64,000 nucleotides of DNA from assembly GCF_004010195.1 (NCBI RefSeq), contig NC_057719.1:24529465-24593464 (forward strand). Direction: 5' to 3'. Positions 25,661 through 38,710 of this stretch are shown piece after piece. The stretch comes from Chiloscyllium plagiosum. Taxonomy: Eukaryota. Each line of letters begins with the position of its first letter. The stretch's first letter is position 1. Position numbers and translations under genes: made by a program. The notes below the pieces were generated by a model. It made no database searches. It was given only the letters and a program-made list of their open reading frames with translations, and was not told the origin of the DNA.

Positions 25661-28600
25661 GCTTGCAGTGTCAGCAGATAATGGCACCTGCACTGTATCC
25701 AGAGAAGATTTGATCATCCATTTGGTAGTTCAGACTGAAGGTTTTGCAGATGCTTCTATATTGACTTACTTGGCTTTCTCATCATGGCGGATGTGGATAT
25801 TTGTGGAGCCTCCTCCTGCTGTTAGTTGTTTAATTGCTGAACTGGATGTGGGAGAAATGCGGAGCTTTGGTTTGTTCCACTGGTTGGTAGGATTGTTTAG
25901 CTCTGTCTATCACATGCTATTCCTGCTATTTGGCATGCATGTAGTCCTGTGTTATAGTTTTACCAACTGGAATTCATTTAAAAGTGTACTTGGTGCCTGG
26001 TCCTGGTATGTCCTTCTCCTTCATTGACCCAGGGTTGATCCTCTGGATTAATGAAAATGATAAATTAGTGGATTTTTTAGACCAGGCTGTTTCAGATTGT
26101 GGTTAAGTACATACCCCTGCATGGGTATTCAGTTTTGAGGTGCTAGATCTATTTTAAATCTATCTAATTTAGCACGGTGGTAGTGCCACATGCCACAATG
26201 GAAAATATGCCTAATGTGAAGACATGACTTTTTCTTCACAAGATAGCTACTCCTACTTACACTGTTGCGGACAGATGCTTTTATGATAAGTAGCTTGGTG
26301 AGGACAAGGACTCGTTGGTATTCTGCTCGTCGGTCCCTTACTACATGCTAAAATCACAGGCTGGCATATATATCCTTCAGGATTCATCTGACTTGGTCAG
26401 TAGTGGTGCTTCCAAGTCTCTCGGTGATGGGCATTGAAGTCCCTTATGCAGAGTAGTTTCTGTAACCTTGTCACCCTTACTGCTTCCTCCAAAAGATAAT
26501 CAACATGGAAAAGTACTGATTAATAAAATGAGAGTGAGTGCAAGATAGTAATCATCAGGAGGTGTATATGTCCATGTTTAACCTGAACTGTCATAGGATT
26601 TGGAATCAGTGTTGGCAATCTCCAGGAAACCTTTCTCCCAACTCGGTATCAATGTGTCATCACCTCTGCTGTATCTGTCCTGTCAGTGGCACATGAGATG
26701 TGCTAGGGTGATGTTATGGTGTTTGGAAAACCTATAATGTGTGGTTCAGTGAGGTTTTTACTTGACAGGCATGCAGAACATCTCTCCCAATGTTTGACAC
26801 AAATGCTCACATGTTTGTCAGGAGAACTTTAATGATCAACATGTCTGGGTGTACCGTAGTCATTTCCAGCACTTCAGTCTAGTCTGATAGTCTGATTTTA
26901 TTCCATAATAGGGGGATATGTGATCTCAACTGTTTCTGTCTCTGTGTTGGCATAACTGTAGCTCATATTGTTTGTATGTATCAGAGGAAACATGGTAGTT
27001 GCAGCTATTCCTTCACGTGTTTTTGAAGTGAGCAGTGATGTTGATTATAAGGGATATTTCAACTGGAAACACAACTGTTCTATCAACTTTTTATTATGAA
27101 TCTGTTGGCTTTCCATGGTTGGGAAAAATAATGATTTCAAGATAAATAATGTGATGCCACTGGTGGGGGGAGGCAGAACATAGACTTCTCAGGTGGTACA
27201 TTTACCTTGTTTAGAGTTGGCATGATGCCTGATCGATTTACTTGAGTAACATGGAAACAGATCAGCTAAACCAAAGTCTCACTGTGCTGGAATTTCATCT
27301 TTAATTAACAAGAACCCAGCACTAAATTTATTATCAAAATTTTCATGGAAAGAAAAAGTGCATAACTGAGAAACACAAACTGACAGTAGAGATTCTTACT
27401 GGACGACCATTTCCTATTTGGGTGAATAGCTGCTATGCATTAGAGTGAGAAAAGCTCTCTATGTTTTGCAGAGAAAATTATTGTTTTGTGCGCACAGAAT
27501 CATTCTCTGTCTTGTACATCAGAAAGAGTTTTGATCTGCTTAGCAGGAAGGGTTGTTTGGCACAGCGGTAGTGCATTGAGTCTGGGCCAGCAGGCCCTAC
27601 ATTCAAACCCTTCCTGTTCCAGAGATTCTGTCATACCATGTCAGAACTGGTTGATTCAAAGTATCTATCTCCTCACATGTAGCTTGTGTTGAAGTAACTT
27701 GTTTAGAGGATCAAGCCATTGTATATTATTCATGTTGACTTTTCCTTCCTGAGAGATTGGCCTTGTAAATTAATGGAAGACAGAATAAAGTGCCAAACAC
27801 AAGTAAAACATCTGCTGAAAATTCTTGAGAGGCAGCAGGATGAGTTGTGATGATCCCCTTTGACCAGTTATCAATAGCTGGCATATAAAGCACTTTCAGA
27901 AATTGATTGTAGTGTTGAAAATCTTCTACCTAGTAATCTTTAGATTAAAACTCTACCAGATGCTAAGAAAGGTTTGCAAAACTTCACATTAAAAGCAATC
28001 TGCAAGCATTAACTATGACAGCATATTCCAGTCTTACTCATTATTACTGAATAACAGCGACTGCAGCCACATTTGAGTTGGACTCAAAATCAACTGTGAT
28101 CTCCAGCAGACTTTCATCACATGTTAATAATCTCAGCATAATTCAAATGAAACTCAAGCAGTACTTATTGAAAGTACTCAAACTGGAATTTTAAAGCAGC
28201 AGTCATTTCATACTGAGTGCCTTTTAAAGTTCATTTGCATCTATTTCCACTGAGCAGCGCCAGACAATTCAGAAATTTCTTATCAGAATTCAAATGATTG
28301 CCATCTTTGATCTGATTGTCCATGCTCTGCATACCTCTCTTGGCTTCTATTAAGCCACAGTATTCATTTAAAATTAACCAGAACCAAAGCCAGACAAGAG
28401 GCGCCAGTGTTGCTCAGATTTCTATCATCTCAGCCCAGATTCAACTATTACATTGAATAGGAAAAACAAAATGTAGTAATTCACAGTTCAATGTAGAAGC
28501 CCTAACAATTTGATAACCATTGCATGCTGCAACTCTTTTAAAGGACCCACTCATTAAAGTGGCAAAATATTGGCAGTGTTTGCTATTTTAAGTAGTTTGG

Positions 28601-30381
28601 TGGTTTCTCTTCTGCATAGGAGGACATATTTTATGAGAGATGACCATGTAAGCTGGTGGCTCAATATGAAACATGTAATAAAGAGTAATTACAGTCCAGT
28701 TCCTTCCATTATTGTTTGGAGCTCATGCTCTAGCCAGTACCTGGAGTTTTGGAGAAGCTCTGAGGTAATTTTAACTTTCCTCACACTATAGATTGCATCA
28801 GCAGTTCACTGCCTTGTTCAAGCAATAACAAAAAAAATTGTAAAACATATTGCTTCACTTGAAAAGTACTAATGAGGCTGTTTTTCTCTACCCCTACTTG
28901 TCCTGAAGATATTAACTTTGTTTGCTGGAGTACATTTTCACTAATGGCATTCATTCAGTAACACAAACTCATATCATGTCTGATCATATATCAGCTTTGA
29001 TGATGATTGTTAATGATGAGTTCAGCTTTATGCAGCTTTAAAGTAGGCTCCTATACTGTTTTACCAAAATGTTTATTCTGGTTGAAATTAAAATATAGCA
29101 ACACTTTACATCTTTTTCTCATTTAGGTACTGCAATTTTACAGTTACAGTGACAACAGAAGTGTTAACAGGAAGGAAAATTTGTAAATACGTAAAATCAT
29201 TGGGAAGCATGTTCTCGTTTTTAAAAAGTTGGAAAGTAGATTTAAGAATTTGCATCCTTCATAAAGGGATCAATGTAATTGTATTGGATAATAAGAAATA
29301 ACGGTCAGTGTGACCTGCCAACCCTTTACCTGGAAGTGTGGCAAAGATAAGGAAGGTAAGACGAAGAAATAATGTGGTTAGATACAACAGAGAGCTGCAA
29401 AACATGAGTGATGGAGGCAGAACCTGATCAATGAAGATGCAGATAGAAGGAAAGCAAAACAAATGGCAAGAAGAAAGGCAGAATATAGAAAATATTGGAT
29501 AGGCAGACTCTTATTTACACCAAACTACATTTATTCATTCGCAGGAGAAGGCGTCGCTGTCTAGGTCAGCATTTATTGCCATCCCTCATTGCCTCCAGTT
29601 AGTTGGCTAAGTCCAAGGAGGAAAAAGGAGAGCTCTCAAGTGGGAAAGTGTTGAGAAAGCTGAATGCTTGTAATCCTTAGGAGCTAAACTTTATTATACT
29701 TGCTTTTCAAAGAGTTGTTTATAGTTCATGCTGAGTGATTTGCCTGTTCATTCATATTTAATTTTCATTTATTCTGATTGTGTTAAAGTTACAAAATGTA
29801 AAATCTTGCTGGCAATTTCTTCTTGTGGGGACCAGTTGGTAAATTTGGTTATTTTATGATTTCTCCACTGGAATTGTAGCAAAATTGGGGTCTCATTCAG
29901 ACCCAAACATTGAGACTATAAACCAGGTTATCTGGAATCTTTTGGATTTTCAACAGCAAAATTTCATGTTTGCTTTTGCCAGTTGTATTCAGAAAGCATC
30001 GTATATCTCTTTTAGGCTCAAGCCTTTGTTGAAAGTGAGACTGGAAACTATTGAGAAAGGATGATTTACAGCCTGCAGCCTACGTGTTATGATGTGGAGA
30101 GGCTGGTGTTGGACTGAGGTGGACAACCATGATCTTGGGTTTATGTCATGTTACATGTAACCCCACCACACTTTTGTATCTGTAAAATCATTCTTGCTGT
30201 CTGATTTCAACAGGGGGGCGGGGAATGTTATTCCCTTGTTCAAGAAAGGGACAAGGGATAATCCTGGGAATTACAGGCCAGTCAGTCTTATGTCAGTGGT
30301 GGGCAAAGTATTGGAGAGGATTCTGAGAGACAGGATTTATGATTACTTGGAAACCGATAGTTTGATTCAAGTTAGTCAGCA

Positions 30382-30573
30382 TGGCTTTGTGGGGGGGCTG
30401 GTCACGTAACCCAAACATATTATTAGAAAGCAGGAATTATCAGCAGTGCTTCGCTCAGAGGCCCACTGAAGATGTTACCTAGTAGGGTGATGAAACGTCT
30501 GGAAATGAACCTTCTAACTCAGCGAGCAAACCTACATCCAGAACCTCAACCTGAGCTACAAATCTTCTCAAAA
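30382..30573 (+). mobile_element. Short hammerhead-bearing insertion (family C) inside the CR1 RT
   Basis: Non-CR1 sequence interrupts the RT between SQHGFV and LIEFFEDVT and contains a hammerhead core. Confidence 0.7.
30463..30502 (+). ncRNA. Minimal type I hammerhead ribozyme motif, family C, core intact
   Basis: CCA-CTGAAGA-T-GTTACC-TAGTAG-GGTGAT-GAAA-C-GTC-TGG. Stem I CCA/TGG, 6-bp stem II with two G-U pairs, GUC triplet. Confidence 0.75.
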
Positions 30574-31867
30574 TCTTATTGAATTCTTTGAGGATGTGAC
30601 AAAATACATTGAAGAAGGTAGAGCAGTGGATGTGGTGTACATGGATTTTTAGCAAGGTGTTTGATAAGATTTCCCATGGTAGGCTCATTCAGAAAGTAAG
30701 GAGGCATGGGATACAAGGTAATCTGCTGTCTGGATACAAAATTGGCTGGCCCATAGAAGACAGAGGGTGGTGGTAGATGGAAAGTATTCAGCCAGGAGCT
30801 TGGTGACCAGTGGTGTTCCATATGGATCGTTTCTGGGACCTCTGCTGTTTGTGAATTTTATAAATGACTTGGATGAGGAAGTGACAGGGTGGGTTAGTAA
30901 GTTTGCCGATGACACAAAGATGGAGTTGTGGATAGTGTGAAGGGCTATTGTAGGTTGCAACACGACATTGACAGGATGCAGCACTGGGCTGATAAGTGGC
31001 AGATGGAGTTCAACCTGGAAAAGTGTGAAGTGACTCACTTTGGAAGGTCGAATTCGAATGCAGAATGTAGGATTAAAGGCAGGATTCTTGGCAGTGTGGA
31101 GGAACAGAGTGATCTTGATCCTCGAAGTTGCCACCCAGGTTGATAGGGTTGTTTAGAAGGCACATGGTGTGTTGGCCTTTAGTAGTAAGGGGATTGAGTT
31201 TAAGAGCTGAGAGGTTATGCTACAGCTGTATAAAGCCCTGGTTAGACCACACTTGCAATATTGTGTTCACTTTTGATCGCCTCATTATAGGGAGTATGTA
31301 GAAGCTTTAGAGAGTGTGCAGGTGAGATTTATCAGGATACTGCCTGGACTGGAGGGCATGTCTTACGAAGAAAGGTTGAGAGAGCTAGGGCTTTTCTCAT
31401 TGGAGCGAAGAAGGATGAGAGATGACTTGATAGAGGTGTACAAGGTGATGAGAGGCATAGCCAAAGACTTTTTTTCCCAGGGTGGAAGTGGCTATCAAGA
31501 GGGGTCATAATTTTAGGGTGATTAGAGGAATGTTCAAGGGTGATGTCAGAGGTAGGTTCTTTATTACCACTGCTGGCAGGGCATTCCACGCACCCACCAC
31601 TCTCTGTGTAAAGTCAGATTAATTAGGAGCATTTAAGCGACTTTTGGATAGGCACATGGAAGATAGTACAATGAAGGGTATGCAGGTTTGTCTGATCTTA
31701 GAATAGGATAAAAGGTCGGCACAACATCGAGGGCTGAAGGCCCTGTACTGTTCTATGTTCTATCTCTATGCCTATAAATAATGTGCCTAGGTGCTCCGTT
31801 ACACTCCACCTAACAAAGGAACAGTGCTCTGAAAGCTTGTGAATCCATTTTAAATCTGTTGGACTGT

Positions 31868-32550
31868 TGTTAGGTTCTTTTCCCGAGGTTTCAAACACGA
31901 GATGCAATTCGCACACACCAACTTCTGCAAACAGTTAAAGTTTATTAAAGCTTATACAAGCTAGATGACCCCTTTGACCCTCTTCGCAGGTGTGCAAAGT
32001 TGAGTCAAGGTGGCCCTGAACAAAGAAAACAGATCCCCTTTATACAGGTCAGTTGGCAATGCTTACAGATACTCTGGCCACTCCCCCTCCATAATCACAT
32101 GCCATTCAAGACAACTCCCAGTCACCCCCTCTCAGTCACATGTTACCCCAGTTACAATGGTAGGATGAGGTCATCCTCCGAGATAATGTCAATGTAAATG
32201 TTCTAATCCTGGGGAATCGATATGCAGGCAATTCCCTGACTCAGTGATTCCCCAAGACAATGTAAGTGTTATATACCTAGCTTCGGGGGATGGCTATGAA
32301 AGCATTTCTGAATGGAAGAGATTGAATGATAATTTAATTTGATAATAGTAGGGGAAGTAGTAGCAAATAACTGTCTACTGGAGTGGGAGTCATCCATATT
32401 GCTGCATGAATGTCATCCGTGGGAGTCATCCACATTGCTGCATGAATGTCATCCCCACCCACTTCCAGAACGTTCAATCGGTGCAGTTTAACCCTTTAAT
32501 ATTACATTAATATCCAGAGCGATTTTCCAATTTAATCTTTTAACATTACA
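31868..32550 (-). mobile_element. Solo LTR (retroviral or Gypsy type)
   Basis: TG...CA ends, 4-bp flanks CTGT/CTAT, minus-strand TATAAA near 32040 and AATAAA at 31941-31946 in the expected order, internal 36-bp tandem repeat. Confidence 0.78.
32383..32454. repeat. 2 x 36-bp tandem repeat in the LTR U3 region
   Basis: GTGGGAGTCATCCAYATTGCTGCATGAATGTCATCC twice, one mismatch. Confidence 0.9.
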
Positions 32551-32710
32551 CTATAACCTGGTGTCATGCGACTTCTGACCTTACTCACTACAGTCCAATA
32601 TCAGCACCTCCACAACCTGATTAACAAAACATTAGGATGTAAAATGGGTGGGATCATCGAAGAATTGAATAGCTATCTTGGGCTTGTGGAATAAGGACCT
32701 GTCTTAGTGA

Positions 32711-32917
32711 TTAGATCAGAGTGGTGCTGGAAAAGCACAACAGGTCAGGCAGCATCCGAGGAGCAGAAAAATCGATGTTTCGGGCAAAAGCCCTGATGAA
32801 GGGCTTTTGCCCGAAACGTCGATTTTTCTGCTCCTCGGATGCTGCCTGATCGTGCTGTGCTTTTCCAACACTCTTATCTAAACTCTGGTTTCCAGCATCT
32901 GCAGTCCTCACTTTTGC
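32711..32917. mobile_element. Penelope-derived inverted-pair element, family A
   Basis: Inverted arms of about 80 bp; flanks CCTGTCTTAGTGAT and CCTGTCTTGTTAGTGAT. Confidence 0.85.
32793..32820 (+). ncRNA. Hammerhead ribozyme core, family A (5' strand of stem I lost)
   Basis: CTGATGA-A-GGGC-TTTT-GCCC-GAAA-C-GTC. Confidence 0.75.
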
Positions 32918-33280
32918 CTGTCTTGTTAGTGATCAAGTATAACTGGCCAGAATTGGAATAGAAATAGATTTAAGCAAGACTAATTTTAGAAAGGGATAAA
33001 ATGGAAAGAGTTTGTGAAAAAAAAGCAGAGAAAAGAAAAAAGGTGAAGAAACTCAAAATAGAACATGAATTCTGTAGATGAGAAGTGATGCTGGCTCGGA
33101 GAGAACTCACTTCTTTTTAATTGTGTGAGGAATTTCTGCTTAATATTTCAACATAGTGCCCTTCAAGAAAAGTGACTAAATCTGAAATGGTAGGAAGTAC
33201 AATGGGCTTTGCTCCTGCATTGTGTTTTGTTAGGGAAAGTTGGAGGTGTACTTAACCCTTTCAGCAGATTTTAAGAAAGC

Positions 33281-33508
33281 GAAAACAGAAACAAAAACAG
33301 AAATTGCTGGAAAAGCTCAGCAGGCCTTGCAACATCTGTGAAGAGAAATCAGAGTTAACGTTTTGGGTCCAGTGACCCTTCCTTGGTACCAGACCCGAAA
33401 CATTAACTCTGACATTTCTTCACGGATGTTGCCAGACCTGCTGAGCTATTCCAGCAACTTCTGTTTTTGTTTCTGATTTAAGGCACCTGTAGTTCTTTCA
33501 GTTTTCAC
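33281..33508. mobile_element. Penelope-derived inverted-pair element, family B
   Basis: Inverted arms of about 85 bp centred near 33385 with partial hammerhead halves (GACCCGAAACATTAACT); AAGAAAG on both flanks. Confidence 0.82.
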
Positions 33509-34429
33509 AAGAAAGTAAAAGCTGGTATCCCCAATATGTGTAAGTTGATGCCAAGGGCAGCTGGGCAGAAATTAACAATTGTGAGAGAGAATGGGGTAGA
33601 CTTATGCAGCATTTGGCAGGTAAAAGAAAATGGTCCCTAATATGTTGCGCATGTCGATGAAAGTGGACAGAGCTTCAATAACCTTAAAAAGATAATGTTT
33701 GTGGAAGAATTCAGCACTGGCATATCTCACCTGGTACTCTGCAAAGTTTGTAACATAAGGGGACATCAGTAATGGTGGATAATTTTGAGTTAACTCATAC
33801 AATAAATAGTAATAAGACTCACTTTGAAAAATCAGATTATTCAGAGAGATTAGAGATTTAATAGTGAGAAGGATCAGTTTTAGTGAGAAATTGAGAGCCA
33901 GAAGGTCCTCAGAGTTGCTAAGGAGAAAGATGTTAACTTTGGTTTGAGCAGATAAAAATGCTATACTTATCATTAGAAAAGGACGTGTCAATACTGTTGG
34001 AAGTGGAAAATAAAGCTTGTAACATTTATATGCTTGCATAGTTCACCTCTAGTAAAGTTGACAACAAGCAGAAAGTCTCCACTTTCATTCACAGTAACTT
34101 GGGACTGGAAAGCTATGGAAGGTCTGTTTGAGGGTGATGTCCCCATATTCATCAGTTGAAACAAGCAATTTCATTATTCACCTGACATGTCTAGGAACAG
34201 CGCAGCCATTGATTATGGCAAGTGTCTCTAAAATGCTACTCAAAGTACTCAAAGCAAATGATGAAACAGAAGGTAAACATGTTTTGAAGGATAGTGAGAA
34301 AAATGAGCCTACATCAGACACAAAAGAGCTACGAGAAAGTATATTCTTGAATTAAAATTATAATTTCAAAGTAAAGCAATTACTCTACTAGAACAGAATA
34401 AAACAAAGTTCAAATGCAGTAGGAGGATA

Positions 34430-35515
34430 AAGTCATAGAGCTGTACAGCACAGAAACAGACCCTCTTTGGTTCAACTCGTCCATGCTGACCAAATATCCT
34501 AAATTAATCCATTTGCCAGTATTTGGCCCATATTCCTCCAAAACCTTCCTATTCACGTATTCATCCAGATGCCTTTTAAATGTTGTAACTGTACCGGCCT
34601 CCACCATTTCATCTGGCAGCTCATTCCAAGTACACACCACCCTCTAGTTTTGGAACACCCACCCCACCCTGGGAAAAAGACCTTGGCTATTCACCATCTC
34701 CATGTCACTCATGATTTTATAAACGCCTGTAAGGTCACCCCTCAACCTTCGATGTTCCAGGGAAAATAGTTCTAGCTTATTCAGCCTCTCCCTATAGCTT
34801 AAACCCTCCAAACATGGCAACATCCTTGTAAATCTTTTCTGCACCTTTTTAAGTTTAGCAGCATCTTTCCTATAGCAGGGAGACCAGAATTGGATGTAGT
34901 ATTCCAAAAGTGGCCTAACCAATGTCCTGTATACTGAAACATGACATCCCAACTCCTATACTCAATGCTCTAATCAAGGTTTCAAATGCATTTGCCACAA
35001 AATTGTCTACCTTTCACTCCATTTTTAAGGAACAATGAACCTGCATCCCAACATCTCTTTATTTGGCAACACTCCCTGGGACCCTATCATGATTTGCCTA
35101 GACACAGTGCAGATGTCACATTTCAGATGCATCTGCCACTCCTCTGGTATCTGATCTCAGGGTCGCGTTGTACTCTGAGATAACCTTCTTCACTGTCCAC
35201 TACACCACCAATTTTGATGTCATCTGCAAACTTACTGACCATTCATACAGAAATCATTTATATCAATGAAAGAAAGCAGTGGACCCAGCACCGATCCTTG
35301 CAGCACACCACTGGTCACAGGCCTACACCGTCATCCTCTGTCTCCTATCTTAAAGCCAATCTTGTACCCAAATGTCTAGCTGTCCCTGGATTCCATGTGA
35401 TCTAACCTTGCTAACCAGTCCACCATGCGGAACCTTGTCAACAACCTTGCGGAAGTCCAGATAGACAGCATCACCTACTCTGCCTTCATCCATCTTCTTC
35501 TTCACTTCTTCAGAA
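34430..35515 (-). mobile_element. CR1 LINE RT and 3' end
   Basis: LVRPLLEY, FWSPCYRKD, SKFADD and YLDF.K motifs on the minus strand. Confidence 0.88.
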
Positions 35516-36414
35516 AAGGGTGCAAAACAAGAAAAAATTAAGATACTTTTTGAAGTTAAAATAGAAGCAAATGCATCTTTATATGAGGAACATCAACATA
35601 GCCTGAATAACATTCACAAAGTAGCTACAGCGAATTTAATTTGACAGAAAAATTTACTGCTTGCGCAAAAGTAGACGATTTTAAACCTGTGCCTCCTGGT
35701 AAAGAAAACCAAAAGGTTATATCAGGAACACAACTTACAAGTTAAAGTAAACCTGAATTTAAGCAGGTTGGTGTAACTTCAGTCATTTTGAAGGACAATT
35801 TGTACAGCTGAATACTTGAAACTTTCTACAAGAGCACGCAGATCTGGAAGAAAATGGAAATCAGGAGTTAAAAGCTGGACAGAGTGGTTCAGAGTTTGTT
35901 TTTAAAAGGTGAAAATCCCAATGATAATATAGTGTCTGGCTTTGAAGGAGAATAAAGGAAATTGCTCAATGTGGAAGCAATATGGTATTTCCCCTTGGAT
36001 TCCAGATCATACCCACTGGTACCCAGATGGCAGACTTTTATGGTTTGCCAGGAATGAGATATGTTCTTGACAAAAGTAACAAGACCAAAAGTAATTATAA
36101 AATGTTTGGACCCAATTACAAATGCTAATCCTGGATCCTGACTGGTCAAATTCCACTATAGATAATAAAAAGCAACAAGCAGTGACAAGGGAATTTTAAA
36201 AAACTCAAAACAGAAAAATAGAGCAGAAGTGCAGGATAATGAAGGGAAAAGAAAACTTTTAAAGTGTGACAGGTAGGAGTAGAAAATATATTCAGAATGG
36301 TGCTGCAGAAATTAGGTCTAGTGAAAGTAATAATAGTAAAAAGTCAGAATGTACACAGCATTTTTAAAATTTATTTGTGGGACTTGTACGTTGCTGGCCA
36401 GCCAGCAACGATAG

Positions 36415-36772
36415 CCATAAGACCATAAGAAATAGGAGTGGAAGTAAGGCTATTCGGCCCATCAAGTCCACTTCGCCATTCAATCATGGCTGATGGGCAT
36501 TTCAACGCCACTTACTCGCACTCTCCCTGTATCTCTTAATTCCTTGCGAGATTAAGAATTAATCAATCTCTACCTTGAAGACTTTTTTAACATCCGGGCC
36601 TCCACTGTGCTCCATGGCAATGAATTCCACAGGCCCACCACTCTCTGGCTGAAGAAATGTCTCCTCATTTCCTTTCTAAATTGATCCCCTCTAATTCTAA
36701 AGCTGTGCCCATGAGTCCCAAGTATCTCCGCCTGACAGAAACAATTTCTCAGCTTCCACCCTTTCTAAGCCC
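36415..36772 (-). mobile_element. CR1 LINE 3' end fragment
   Basis: CATAAGACCATAAGA tail and a WNSLP-encoding stretch on the minus strand. Confidence 0.78.
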
Positions 36773-37148
36773 ATCGCTATTTGCCCTTGAGAAGGTGGTG
36801 GTCAGCTTCCTTCTTGAATTGCTGCAGTCCACTTGCTATGGATTGCAAGTGACTTCTAGCGATTGATACAATTGGGTGGCTTGCTGGGCCATTTCAGAGG
36901 TCTGTTGAGAGTCAACCAAATTGCCTACTATGGAGTCACATTTAGGCCAGACAAGGATGGCAGATTTCAAGGACATTTGTGAGTGAGATGTGTTTTTCTG
37001 ACAATTGGCATTGGTTTCAGGGTCATCAGTCAACTCTTAATTCCAGATGTTTTTTTATTGAATTCAAATTCCACCACCTGCCGTGGTGGGTTTCGAAAGG
37101 TTATTGGATTAATAGTCCAGCGATAATACCACTAGGCCATCGCCTTCC
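36773..37148 (-). mobile_element. SINE-like dispersed repeat, related to 59055-59370
   Basis: Reverse complement of 59080-59300 (TTTGAATTC...GAAATCTG.CATCCTT...GACTCCA). tRNA-like head GGTGGCCTAGTGGTATTA-like at ~37125-37145. Confidence 0.55.
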
Positions 37149-37149
37149 C

Positions 37150-38310
37150 TGTAATAAAGTAGATGAGTTGTTGGCACAAATAGCTATCAACTTACTTTAA
37201 TTTATTTCTATTAAGAAGTCATGATTGCGGGGTGACCAATACTGGAAACTGAATATTCAGGCTATATTATGAGATATGATGTTCCAGAAGAATAGGCAAA
37301 GAAGGGGAGGTAGCTTTGTTAATAAAGGAAAGTATCAGTGTGGTGCTGGGTAGTGATATAGATGTGATAGATTGTGATATGAAATCAGTCAGGAATAGCA
37401 AGGGCAAGAAATAATGGGTGGGAGTTGTTTATAGGTAGCCAAAGACTTGCCTCACTGTCGGATAGAGTATAAACTTGGAAATAATGGAGGAGTGTCAGAA
37501 GGACACTACCATTGTCGTAGGTGATTTTAATCAGCATATTGACTGGACAAATCAGATATGAAATGATAACACAGAAGATGAACTTGCAGAGTGCATCAGA
37601 TTTTGTTTCTTGGAGTAGTATTTTGGAGAACCTGAAACCAAAATAGAAATTGCTGGAGAAACTTTAGCTGGAGGACTGGCAACATCTGTGAAGAAAAAGC
37701 AAAGTTAACGTTTTGGGTCCAGTGACTCTTCTGCAGAACCTGCCATGAGCAGGCTATTTTACATGTAGTGATGTGTGATGAGAGAATTAATAAGAAATAT
37801 CATAGTTAAGGTAGGGGAAGGTGGCGAGCAATCACAAGATGGTACAGTTTCAAATTCACTTTGAAGGAGAGCAACTTGGGTTTCAAACCACGTGTCTTCA
37901 ACTTAAAGACTGGAATTACAGATGTATAAGAAAAGAGCTGTCTTAAGTGGTCTAACTAGACTAAGGGGAAAGTCAGTGAGTTGAATAGTGGCAGGTATTA
38001 AGGTATTTCATAACACCCAGGGAAAATTTATACCATTCAAAATGAGAAGCATGAACCATCTGTGGTTAACAAAGGCAGCCAAGGAAAGTACATAGTCAAA
38101 GCTATGACATAAATGGGCAAATGCTAGTGTTAAGTTAAAGGATTGGGAATTTATAAGGAACCAGCAGTGGATGACGAAAAAGACAATAAAGAGGAAAAAA
38201 AAACTGATTATGAATGTAACTTGGCAAGAAATATAAAAACAAATGTCTGGAGAATCTGTCATTATTTTTGGAAGAGTTTGAGAAGGACTCGAAGAATTTG
38301 CATCCATTGT
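37150..38310 (+). mobile_element. Decayed CR1 ORF2 endonuclease region
   Basis: NKVDEL, GGVALLIK, GVVYR, VVGDFN and PWLT-like remnants. Confidence 0.75.
37635..37734 (-). mobile_element. Penelope-derived short element, family B
   Basis: Degenerate core on the minus strand (GAGTC-ACTG-GACCC-AAAACGTTAACT); AGAACCTG duplicated at 37627-37634 and 37735-37742. Confidence 0.75.
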
Positions 38311-38710
38311 ACGGGATCAAATGTACTTTCCTTGGATAATAAGAAATACTGGTCCATATGATTTACTCACTGTTGACCTGGAAGCAATACCCACAGGAAG
38401 GAAGTCAAGGTACAGATGCAGTTTGGCCAGACACTAAGGAGAGCGGAGGCAGCTGATGATAGACACAAAGAAAAAGCAGATAGAGGTACAAAGAAGAAAG
38501 GAAGTAAGCGCCCCATATAGGAAGGAACCTTGTTTATGTAGAAGGTAGTACCTGACGAGGCTTGGCTAATCCTGGAGAATAAAGGGGAGAGCAGGAGAGG
38601 AAGAAGACAGTCAGAAAACTGAGTGCTCACTAACTCTGTGAAAGATTTTGTTTATTAGCTGTTTTAAACTATTCCATGCACATGGTATAATTTATGTTGG
38701 CTCTGATTGA

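Larger units (their letters stand above)
23565..26900 (-). mobile_element. Old non-LTR retrotransposon (clade uncertain); its 3' end continues at ~17660-17838
   Basis: FINDL..MFADDCT (RT) near 24350-24420 and GDFNAH (endonuclease) near 26425-26445 on the minus strand. Sequence on both sides of the L1 is collinear with a related fragment at ~52830-53070. Confidence 0.65.
30215..31765 (+). mobile_element. CR1 LINE RT and 3' end
   Basis: PLFKKG..PGNYRPVSL, SQHGF, YMDF, KFADDTK, WQMEFN motifs and a TTCTATG tail. Confidence 0.92.
31800..32620 (+). mobile_element. Probable Penelope-derived short element, family D, split by a solo LTR
   Basis: Degenerate core CAC-CTAACAA-A-GGAAC-AGT-GCTCT-GAAA-GCTT-GTG at 31807-31841. 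The sequence resumes at 32551 after the LTR, and its end (CAGTCCAATATCAGCACCTCCACA) has an inverted relative at ~30090-30115. Confidence 0.45.
32950..36300 (+). mobile_element. Highly decayed Gypsy-like internal (gag) remnant, interrupted by younger insertions
   Basis: Residual LMP.A..QK-like sequence near 33545-33572 and FNNLKKIMFVEEF near 33673-33711 resemble gag of fish Gypsy elements. A-rich coding-like composition. Extent uncertain. Confidence 0.35.
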
